A DNA stretch of 64,000 bases from an uncultured Planctomycetaceae bacterium. GTDB taxonomy: Bacteria; Planctomycetota; Phycisphaerae; UBA1845; UTPLA1. Below are positions 56,289-64,000 of this stretch, one piece after another. Location: assembly GCA_964599535.1 (NCBI GenBank), contig CAZRFP010000001.1, positions 3,558 through 67,557 on the forward strand, given 5' to 3'. The notes beneath the pieces are model-generated. The model saw nothing but the letters and a program-made list of their open reading frames with translations. It searched no databases and had not been told where the DNA came from. The translations under genes were made by a program, and so were the position numbers. Position 1 is the stretch's first letter, and the number at the start of each line of letters is the position of its first letter.

Positions 56289-59068
56289 GCGCTGTGCCGC
56301 GAGACATTCCCGCACCATCGAAATCGCCGCCCGGCGTTGACGCGGCCTACGCCGCCGAGCGCGCCAAATGGGTTGATCGGCAGACCAAGGACACGCTCGA
56401 TTGGGGCCATCAGCAGGCCGAGTCGCTCTGGGAAAAGCTCTACGCGCCGTATGATCCGATCGTTGACGGTCGATGCGTGCTGGACCTTGGCTGCTCTTGG
56501 GGCTATCTGCTGAAGTATCTTGCGGAGCGGTTCAATCCGTCGCAGTTGACCGGTGTCGACATCAAGCCCTGGTGGGAGACGACGGATCATGGCTGGGATT
56601 ACTCGAAGCTTGGCGATCGGCTTCAGTTTCACGCGGGCGATCTGGCCGACATCTGGGCGATTCCGCCGGAATCGCTCGATTTGATCTTGTGCACATCGGT
56701 GCTTCAGTACATGAAGCCGGAGCAGATCGAGGCGAATCTCTGCCGGGCTTATGATCTGCTGCGCCCCGGCGGCGAGATGCTGCTACGCACGCGCGTGTAC
56801 ACATCGTATATCGGGGCGGATCTGCATCGCGACATCGAGCTGCCTTACGCGCATCTGCTCTATCCGGAGCGCGAACTGGCCGAGTTTGTGCGCGCGAAAA
56901 ACGGCAAGGAGCCGCCCTATCTCAACTGGCTTACGGCGTCGACTTATCTGGCGATCTTCGTTCGCAGCGGCTTTGAAATACTCGATTGCCGTCGTCGGAT
57001 GAATAAGCACGCGCCGGCCGTGATGGAGCGCGTTGCAAAGGCCTATCCATGGATTTCACCCGAGGAGCTTTTTTGCGCGGAGATCGAGGCGCGGCTCGTT
57101 CGGCCGCTGGAGCCGGAGGATATTCGTCGATTCGGCCGAATGGTCTCGACGCGCGTCAAGGGCGCGGCCGTCGTCAATCCACACGCGGGATACGACGTGC
57201 CGCGCGCGGAGGCGCGGCTCGATGCGGCGCTGGGCGCTGGTGGGCGGCCGTTCATGATTCCGATGCGCCGTCCGGCACGGGCGCTGGAGGACGCGACGGC
57301 GATCGTTGAACGCGACGAATTCGTGATTCAGGCACATCCGGCGGTGAAGCTGAATCGGCCGGTGACGTGGCTGGAGGATCCGCTGTCCGACCGCAACTGG
57401 CGATTCTGGTTTCAGTCCGGCGCGCCGATCAGCACGCTGTTGCAGGCCTATCAGTCGTCGGGCGATGCTCGCTACTTGTCTCGCGCGGCCGAGCTGGTCG
57501 ATGCGTGGATCTGCACATCGCTCGACAAACGGGAAGGTGTCGATATGACGTGGCACGATCACGCGACGGCGATGCGTGCGATGACACTGCTTTACTTCTG
57601 GGAAGTTTGGCGGGAAAGCGACGCCGGCACCACCGATGGAACGCGCCCGTTAGCGGCGCGCGTGCTGGCGACGCTGATCGCGCATGCGCGGGTGCTGGCG
57701 AACGAGACGTTTTACATGCCGCAGCACAATCACGGTTTGGATCAGGCCCGTGCGCTGTTGGCGCTGGCATTGAACTTGCGCGAGACGGAAGAAGCCGCCG
57801 ACTGGGAAGCTCTTTCGCGCCGGCGCGTGGAGGAGCAGATTCGCGATACGATTTCGGCGGACGGCGTTCACTTCGAACACACGCCGGACTATCAGGGCCA
57901 TGTCTACCGAATGCTGGCCGAGCTGGATGCGTTTCTTTCGCGCTATGGGCAGCCCTGGCCGCTCCTGTGCGAGACGATGGATCGGATGATGACGTTCCTC
58001 GCGCACTGCCTGAAGCCGAATGGCGACTGGCCGAACATCGGCGACACAACGCCGGGCGGTCCGGCGAATGTCGTATTGTCGATGGATGATCGGCTGGAAG
58101 ACCATCCGGAGTTTCAGTTTGCATTGACGGGCGGTCGCGCGGGTTCGCCTCCGGTGGCGCGCGATCTGGTGCTTCCCGACAGCGGCTACGCGATCTTTCG
58201 CGAGAGCTGGGACGCTCGACTTGTGGATCGCGCGGTACAGATCATCTTCTGCGCCGCATACAACACGCGCACGCACAAGCATCAGGACGACCTGTCATTT
58301 GTCGTTCACGGCTTTGGGCGCGAACTGCTGGTCGATGCCGGCAAGTATAAATATGAATACGAGCACCCCATGCGGCAATTCTGCGAAAGCGCGTGGGGCC
58401 ACAACGTGGTCACGCACGACGGCGCGCCGGCTTCGTGGGACACCGATTACATCGGGCGCAGTGGCATTGTGGCGTCGTGGCAGTGCGGCGACACATCGGC
58501 CGTGGAAGGCGAGCATCATCTCTACGAGGGCGCGGTTGTTCGTCGGCTGCTGGTGTGGCGGCGGCCGGATGTCATTCTGGTCGTGGATTGGGCGGGCGGT
58601 CGAAAGGCGGCATGGCGACAGGTGTTCAATGTCGCGCCGGAGTTTGATGTGTGCGTCGATGGGCGGCTGGCGACAGCCGCGGCGCGCGACGGCGGCCCGG
58701 TCGTGCGCGTGTTTTCGATTGCGCCGGATGCGCCTTCGATTTCGCTGCATCGCGGCGAAGAATCGCCGCCGCGCGGCTGGGCGTCGTTGAAGTCAGGTGT
58801 CATCGAGCCGACATGCTCGATCGTGTCAGCCATCGAGTCGGCCGCACCGTGCTGGGTCACGCTTATCACGCTCGACGAGGGGCCGGACCGCGCCCGGAAG
58901 ATCGAAGGCTCGGCCGCCGTTTCGCATGACGGAATGACCGTTGATTTCAAACTGGACGGCGTGGCGTCGCGGATCGGTTATCGTCGTGCAGGCGGCCGAG
59001 CGATTCTGGACGTCGACGGGCAAACCGCCGAGTCTGACATTCTGCCGCTGCCGTATCATCGACGATAA
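56285..59068 (+). CDS. fusion protein: SAM-dependent methyltransferase (N-terminal) plus heparinase II/III-like domain (C-terminal)
   Basis: LDLGCSWGY and RPGGEMLLRT mark the methyltransferase. DPLSDRNWRFWFQ, WHDHATAMR, HNHGLDQA, HTPDYQG, HKHQDDLS and GHNV mark the heparinase II/III-like domain. There is an ATGA overlap with the upstream methyltransferase gene. Confidence 0.8.
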   Translation: MSAVPRDIPAPSKSPPGVDAAYAAERAKWVDRQTKDTLDWGHQQAESLWEKLYAPYDPIVDGRCVLDLGCSWGYLLKYLAERFNPSQLTGVDIKPWWETTDHGWDYSKLGDRLQFHAGDLADIWAIPPESLDLILCTSVLQYMKPEQIEANLCRAYDLLRPGGEMLLRTRVYTSYIGADLHRDIELPYAHLLYPERELAEFVRAKNGKEPPYLNWLTASTYLAIFVRSGFEILDCRRRMNKHAPAVMERVAKAYPWISPEELFCAEIEARLVRPLEPEDIRRFGRMVSTRVKGAAVVNPHAGYDVPRAEARLDAALGAGGRPFMIPMRRPARALEDATAIVERDEFVIQAHPAVKLNRPVTWLEDPLSDRNWRFWFQSGAPISTLLQAYQSSGDARYLSRAAELVDAWICTSLDKREGVDMTWHDHATAMRAMTLLYFWEVWRESDAGTTDGTRPLAARVLATLIAHARVLANETFYMPQHNHGLDQARALLALALNLRETEEAADWEALSRRRVEEQIRDTISADGVHFEHTPDYQGHVYRMLAELDAFLSRYGQPWPLLCETMDRMMTFLAHCLKPNGDWPNIGDTTPGGPANVVLSMDDRLEDHPEFQFALTGGRAGSPPVARDLVLPDSGYAIFRESWDARLVDRAVQIIFCAAYNTRTHKHQDDLSFVVHGFGRELLVDAGKYKYEYEHPMRQFCESAWGHNVVTHDGAPASWDTDYIGRSGIVASWQCGDTSAVEGEHHLYEGAVVRRLLVWRRPDVILVVDWAGGRKAAWRQVFNVAPEFDVCVDGRLATAAARDGGPVVRVFSIAPDAPSISLHRGEESPPRGWASLKSGVIEPTCSIVSAIESAAPCWVTLITLDEGPDRARKIEGSAAVSHDGMTVDFKLDGVASRIGYRRAGGRAILDVDGQTAESDILPLPYHRR

Positions 59069-59106
59069 CCGTCGCCAGCGCGCCGCCGAAGCGCTTCGCA
59101 CGACGC

Positions 59107-60390
59107 TCACACTTCGCGCTCCAGCGCCACGAGGTCGTCATAGGTTTCGCGGCGGCGCACCACGCGGAATGTCGCGCCGTCCACGAGAATCTCCGGCGGC
59201 GCGGGTCGCGTGTTGTAGTGGCTGGCCATGACAAAACCGTAGGCCCCCGCGCTGAAAATGGCGACGAGATCACCGCGCTTCATCGGGGGCAGCATCCGCT
59301 GCTTTGCCAGAAAATCGCCGCTTTCGCAGACCGGACCGACCACGTCCATCGGCATGAGGCCGGGCATTGACGCTCCCTCGCCGCGACGATCGGGCACGAA
59401 GCCCGGACCCGGTCGAACAGGCCAGACAAAATGATACGCCTCGTACAGCGCCGGACGGATCAGGTCGTTCATGCCGGTATCGACGATGAGAAAGTCGCGG
59501 TCGCCGGATTTCTTGAGATAGAGCACACGCGTGAGCAGTATGCCCGCATTGGCGGCGATGGAGCGGCCAGGCTCGAGAATAATCTGCAGGCCGCGGTTTG
59601 CGATCAGCGGCACGATGGCTTCGGCGTACGTGACGGCCGGCGGGGCTTCCTCTTCACGATAGTGCGCGCCGAAACCGCCGCCGATATCGAGGGTGTCGAT
59701 GGCGAAGCCCGCGCGGCGCAGCTCGTCGATGAGCGCGAGGCCCTTTTCGATGGCCTGCACGTAGGGTTCGACACTGTTGACAGGCGAGCCGATGTGCAAA
59801 TGGATGCCGCAGAGCTTCACATGCGGCTGTCGCCCGTAAGTGTCGAAGGCGCGGCGCGCTCTTTCGAGGTCGACTCCAAATTTCGTTTCGCGCTTGCCGG
59901 TGGAAGTGTAGCGATGCGTCCTGGGATCGACATCGGGGTTGACGCGCAATGCCGCGCGGACGACTGCACGGCGCTCGCGGGCGATGGTGATGAGATTTTC
60001 GAGTTCGGCTTCGGATTCGACGTTGAACCAGCCGATCTCGGCATCGATGCCGGCATGAATCTCTGCATCGGTCTTGCCGACGCCGGCGAAGACGATTTTC
60101 GACGGATTGCCGCCGGCATCGAGCGCTCGGCGCAGTTCGCCGCCGGAGACGACATCGAACCCTGCGCCCTGCTCGCGCAGCAATCGACAGATATTCAGAT
60201 TGGCGCAGCTCTTGATCGAGTAACAGATGATCGGATCGAGCGAGGCAAACGCGGCCGCGACGGCGCGGTAATGGTGAATAAACGTGGCGCTGGAATAGAC
60301 ATATGCAGGCGTGCCGATGCGCTGCGCGATGTCGCGCGCGGGCACGTCTTCGCAGTGCAATTCTCCGTCGCGATAGTGAAAGTGATCCAT
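59107..60390 (-). CDS. lysA: diaminopimelate decarboxylase
   Basis: TPAYVYS, YSIKSCANL (PLP lysine), HIGS, GGGFG, EPGRSI, CESGD and GAYG are present. The start is set at MDHFHY; the 571-aa ORF extension is rejected. Confidence 0.9.
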   Translation of the reverse strand: MDHFHYRDGELHCEDVPARDIAQRIGTPAYVYSSATFIHHYRAVAAAFASLDPIICYSIKSCANLNICRLLREQGAGFDVVSGGELRRALDAGGNPSKIVFAGVGKTDAEIHAGIDAEIGWFNVESEAELENLITIARERRAVVRAALRVNPDVDPRTHRYTSTGKRETKFGVDLERARRAFDTYGRQPHVKLCGIHLHIGSPVNSVEPYVQAIEKGLALIDELRRAGFAIDTLDIGGGFGAHYREEEAPPAVTYAEAIVPLIANRGLQIILEPGRSIAANAGILLTRVLYLKKSGDRDFLIVDTGMNDLIRPALYEAYHFVWPVRPGPGFVPDRRGEGASMPGLMPMDVVGPVCESGDFLAKQRMLPPMKRGDLVAIFSAGAYGFVMASHYNTRPAPPEILVDGATFRVVRRRETYDDLVALEREV

Positions 60391-60532
60391 GATGCGTTCG
60401 CGTGGCCGACGGTCTGCACGGCGGCCGCCATGGCCGAGTTGCATTCGCCGCGCCGTGGGCGACGGAGCGTATGAGTAAGGCGGCGGCCGAGACCGGTCAA
60501 GCCTTTGCATGATTCGCGCGACGCGGCATCGC

Positions 60533-61171
60533 TCATCCGTCGGCAGGCTGATTCGCGGGCATCGTCGTCGGCTTGGGCGGCAGGTCGATCTTCCGCGCTT
60601 CATCGGCGATCTCGCGGATTTTCTTTTCGTCGGCCGCTTTGATGATCTGCCCTGAGAGGATGCCGCCGTAGTTTGTGCCGAACCAGGTTCCGGCGTAGAA
60701 GCCGCCATAGACCATGACACGAGCGGAGTATTCGCCGAGCATGGGCAGCGCGGTCTTGTCGAGCGTGATGACGGGCGTGTCTCCGGCCCAGACGACGCGC
60801 ACGCTGAAGGGCAGCTCGACATCGCGATCAGCGAATTCGACGCGGGCGGTGATGACCCAGTTGTCTTCCAGACCGCGTGAGACGCCTTTGATCGTGTAGC
60901 GCTCGGGACGCGGCGGCGAGAGCGGGGCCTTGCCCTTCAGGCCCTCCGCGTTGGTCATCTGCCATGTGCCAAGGAAGACGACATCGGTGAGCATGTCTTT
61001 GAATCGGGCTTCGCGCTGCTTTCGGACCTCCGCAGGCGACGGCTTTCGCGTCGCGGGTGGATCATTGCCGGCGGGCGGCTCGGATGCGAGCGACAGAAAT
61101 TGTTCGGCCGGCGGCAACACGACGAGCACGGTCAGGGCAAGTAATACGGCGGCGGCTTTCGTGGATTTCAT
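60533..61171 (-). CDS. secreted hypothetical protein
   Basis: 212 aa with signal peptide MKSTKAAAVLLALTVLVVL. No motif recognised. Confidence 0.55.
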   Translation of the reverse strand: MKSTKAAAVLLALTVLVVLPPAEQFLSLASEPPAGNDPPATRKPSPAEVRKQREARFKDMLTDVVFLGTWQMTNAEGLKGKAPLSPPRPERYTIKGVSRGLEDNWVITARVEFADRDVELPFSVRVVWAGDTPVITLDKTALPMLGEYSARVMVYGGFYAGTWFGTNYGGILSGQIIKAADEKKIREIADEARKIDLPPKPTTMPANQPADG

Positions 61172-61391
61172 GGCAATCTCCAGCGCTGGGACGCTGCGGA
61201 AATCAAACGTCGGTTCGGCGAAGAGTCAAAACGCGGGAACCGGGGCGGAGCAAAGTCACGGGTTGATATTCGCACCAAGTCGGGGACAATGTCTCCGTGT
61301 GCGACGGCCCTCCGTGCCGGTTGACGTTCCAGTCCGGCTCGCGTTTCGCGGGCGGTCCTCGCCTTGTCATCCATTATAGAAGGGAACGAAT

Positions 61392-63539
61392 ATGACACAC
61401 GCTTCTTTCCATCGTGCCGGTCGGTTTTTCATCTCCTTGCTGGTTCTTTCGGCAGCTCATTGCTCAACGTCTCAGAAAGGCCGGGTCGCGCAGACGGGGG
61501 CTTATCCCGAGACGGCCAAGGTTGATCAGGTCGACACGATCCACGGCGTTCAAGTGGCCGATCCTTATCGCTGGCTCGAGGACGACAACGCGGAGGAAAC
61601 GAAGGCCTGGGTCGCGGCACAGAATAAAGTGACGTTTGCCCATCTCGAGCGCATCGCCGAAAGAAAGACGATTCATCGCCGGCTTGAAAAGCTGTGGAAC
61701 TTCGAGCGTTTCGGCACGCCGCAGAAACGCGGGAATCGCTACTTTTATTCGCGCAACGACGGCCTGCAGAATCAGAACGTGATGTACGTGATGGACGGTC
61801 TGAACGGCACGCCGCGCGTTCTGCTCGATCCGAACACGTTCTCGGCGGACGGCACGGTGGCGCTGTCGAACTTCGACATCGACAACGACGGCACGAAGGT
61901 GGTCTACGGCGTATCCGACGGCGGTTCCGACTGGCGCACGTTTCGCGTGCGGGATGTCGCGACGGGCGAAGACCTGCCCGACAAGATCGAGTGGGTGAAG
62001 TTTTCCGGCGCGGCCTGGTCGCGCGGCGGCAAGGGCTTCTTCTACAGCCGCTACGACGCGCCCAAAGAGGGCGAAAAGCTCTCGGGCGCGAACTATTTCC
62101 AGAAGCTGTATTACCACACGCTCGGCACGCCGCAGTCGGAAGATCAGCTTGTTTATGAGCGGCCGGACCAGAAGGAATGGGGCTTCGCCTCGACGGTCAG
62201 TGACGACGGCGGCTATCTGATGATCTCGGTGTGGCAGGGGACGGAGCGGAAGAACCGGCTGTTTTACAAGGTTCTAACGGTGGCCGATGCTCCGGTGATC
62301 GAGCTGTTGAACGACTTCGACGCGGAGTACGAGTTTATCGACAACGACGGGCCTGTCCTCTGGATTCGCACGGACTTAAGCGCGCCGCGCGGCCGGGTGA
62401 TTGCGATCGACCTTCGCGCACCGGAGCGCGAGAACTGGCGCGAAGTGATCGCGCAGCAGCCTGAGACACTTCAGTCCGTTTCGCTCGTGAACAACACGTT
62501 TGTCGCGAGCTATCTGAAAGACGCTCGCAGCGCGGTCCGATTTTACAACTTTGACGGGCGCGTGACGAAGGAAGTGGACCTGCCCGGCCTGGGCACGGCC
62601 TCCGGCTTTGGCGGCCGCCGCACGGACAAGGAGACGTTCTTCGCGTTTGCGAACTTCAGCAATCCGTGGACGGTCTATCGCTACGACTTCACGACGGACA
62701 AGAGCGAAGTCTTCCGCAAGCCGAAGGTCGACTTCAATCCGGACGACTACGAAACCAAGCAGGTCTTCTACAGCAGTAAGGACGGTACGCAGATTCCCAT
62801 GTTCATCTGCCACAGGAAGGGCCTGAAGCTCGACGGCAACACGCCGACGATGCTCTACGGTTACGGCGGATTCAACATTTCGCTCTCTCCCTCCTTCAGT
62901 GTGTCAAACCTCGTCTGGATGGAAATGGGCGGCGTCTATGCGCAGGCTAATCTGCGCGGCGGTGGTGAATACGGCAAAGAGTGGCACGACGCCGGCCGAC
63001 TCCTCAAGAAACAGAACGTTTTTGATGATTTCATCTCCGCAGCCGAGTGGCTCGTCGCGAACAACTACACGTCCAACAAAAAGCTGGCCATCTCCGGCGG
63101 CAGCAACGGCGGATTGCTCGTCGGCGCGTGCATCACGCAGCGGCCTGACCTGTTCGGCGCGGCGCTGCCGGCCGTGGGCGTGCTGGACATGCTGCGGTTT
63201 CACTTGTTTACGATCGGCTGGGCGTGGACGAGCGACTATGGCAAGGTGGAGGACGAGTCGACGTTTCGCTATCTGCTGGGTTACTCGCCCTATCACAACG
63301 TGACGCCGGGCACATGCTATCCGCCGACGCTGATCACGACGGGCGATCATGACGACCGCGTTGTTCCCGCGCACAGCTTCAAGTTCGCCGCGGCGCTGCA
63401 GGAGGCCCAGTCGTGCGACAATCCGGTGCTGATCCGCATCGAAACGCGCGCAGGCCACGGCGCGGGCAAGCCGACAAAATTCCAGATCGAGGAAGCAACC
63501 GATCGGATGGCATTCGTGCGAAACGCGATGGGCGAGTGA
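61392..63539 (+). CDS. prolyl oligopeptidase (S9A family serine peptidase)
   Basis: The N-terminal propeller carries DPYRWLED. The catalytic domain has GGSNGGLLVGA, then D (GDHDDRV) and H (AGHGAG). Confidence 0.9.
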   Translation: MTHASFHRAGRFFISLLVLSAAHCSTSQKGRVAQTGAYPETAKVDQVDTIHGVQVADPYRWLEDDNAEETKAWVAAQNKVTFAHLERIAERKTIHRRLEKLWNFERFGTPQKRGNRYFYSRNDGLQNQNVMYVMDGLNGTPRVLLDPNTFSADGTVALSNFDIDNDGTKVVYGVSDGGSDWRTFRVRDVATGEDLPDKIEWVKFSGAAWSRGGKGFFYSRYDAPKEGEKLSGANYFQKLYYHTLGTPQSEDQLVYERPDQKEWGFASTVSDDGGYLMISVWQGTERKNRLFYKVLTVADAPVIELLNDFDAEYEFIDNDGPVLWIRTDLSAPRGRVIAIDLRAPERENWREVIAQQPETLQSVSLVNNTFVASYLKDARSAVRFYNFDGRVTKEVDLPGLGTASGFGGRRTDKETFFAFANFSNPWTVYRYDFTTDKSEVFRKPKVDFNPDDYETKQVFYSSKDGTQIPMFICHRKGLKLDGNTPTMLYGYGGFNISLSPSFSVSNLVWMEMGGVYAQANLRGGGEYGKEWHDAGRLLKKQNVFDDFISAAEWLVANNYTSNKKLAISGGSNGGLLVGACITQRPDLFGAALPAVGVLDMLRFHLFTIGWAWTSDYGKVEDESTFRYLLGYSPYHNVTPGTCYPPTLITTGDHDDRVVPAHSFKFAAALQEAQSCDNPVLIRIETRAGHGAGKPTKFQIEEATDRMAFVRNAMGE

Positions 63540-63571
63540 GTCGTTCACTGGCCGGTTAATGTTGAGAAGGA

Positions 63572-64000
63572 TTAGATATCGCCGGCGTGCGGACGCTTCG
63601 TCCGCGCCGGCTGGTTGGAGACGACGAGCCAGTCATCGTCGTCCGAACCGGCTCGGCCGCGGTCGATGTCGAACCAGACGAAGGCGGTCGGTCGCAGCAC
63701 GAGCATCAGCATATCGAACTGGTCGCGCGTGATGACAAAATAGACCGGTTTGTCCGCGGCGAGCAGTTCGCTGATGCGCCGGCCGACCATCAGTTGCAGA
63801 TCTGTTTTGTCGGCGTCGGCGTGTTTCGCACGAAGTTCGAAGGGGTCGACCACCTGTCGAATCGGGCGATTGGCATAGAAGACCACGCGCCCATCGGGCT
63901 GATTGCCGGCCCAATAGACGTTTTCATCGCGGCCGATTTCCGATTTCTCAAGTTGTTGCGCCAGTGCCATCGAGTCGGCGACGTCATCCAGACGGGGTCC
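63572..64000 (-). CDS. hypothetical protein, C-terminal part only; the frame is open to the window edge
   Basis: Stop at 63572. The frame is open through 64000, beyond the Met at 63970. No motif recognised. Confidence 0.45.
   Translation of the reverse strand, partial: GPRLDDVADSMALAQQLEKSEIGRDENVYWAGNQPDGRVVFYANRPIRQVVDPFELRAKHADADKTDLQLMVGRRISELLAADKPVYFVITRDQFDMLMLVLRPTAFVWFDIDRGRAGSDDDDWLVVSNQPARTKRPHAGDI

Noticed and set aside
60391-60822. N-terminal 144-aa extension of the lysA ORF
   Set aside because: The extension is Arg/Ser/Pro-rich and non-homologous. It overlaps the upstream secreted-protein gene. The canonical LysA N-terminus begins at MDHFHY (60390).

Overview
High-GC chromosomal segment. 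By eye it is mostly mid-60s % GC, with a visibly lower-GC patch at about 53.3-55.5 kb. Gene content looks like Planctomycetota, possibly Phycisphaerae-like; this is an inference from protein families such as a planctomycete-type CXXCH module, dockerin/TSP3-decorated giant exoproteins, GT-C/TPR proteins, fasciclin and DUF362. I can support about 40 protein-coding genes. I found no rRNA, tRNA, CRISPR array, transposase, integrase or phage gene. Housekeeping genes include moaA, an ECF sigma/anti-sigma pair coupled to rsgA, an MgtC-family gene, a nucleotide-sugar dehydrogenase, a sodium:solute symporter, a GT9 heptosyltransferase, prmC, folP, malic enzyme, folE, hldE, lysA and prolyl oligopeptidase. 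Seven things stand out. (1) At 47.2-59.1 kb there is a co-directional polysaccharide-tailoring cluster. It is built from a 2045-aa multi-domain enzyme (heparinase II/III-like, coiled coil, CgeB-like glycosyltransferase, two beta-sandwich repeats, deacetylase-like), a GT-C membrane protein, and two paralogous methyltransferases, one of them fused to a second heparinase II/III-like domain. (2) An orphan ParA-type ATPase is fused to a CBM48/AMPK-beta-type glycogen-binding module. (3) A convergent intergenic gap at 12.95-13.5 kb holds two opposed arrays of strictly phased 21-bp repeats and an AT-rich palindrome. These are related to a roughly 100-bp dispersed repeat present at three other intergenic sites in the window. 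(4) A 1717-aa secreted mosaic protein combines a PQQ-type sugar dehydrogenase propeller, a P-domain, a CXXCH haem motif, TSP3 repeats and a dockerin. (5) A CHAD / Ppx-GppA-HD / Zn-ribbon / TPR-membrane operon is present. (6) A desaturase / adenylate-forming enzyme / hydroxylase trio is present. (7) A B12-binding HTH regulator sits divergent from folE, and the two face-to-face -35 boxes form a palindrome. A DUF362 gene carries a single in-frame TGA that cuts off its N-terminal ~63 codons. All family calls come from motif recognition by eye. No database search was run.
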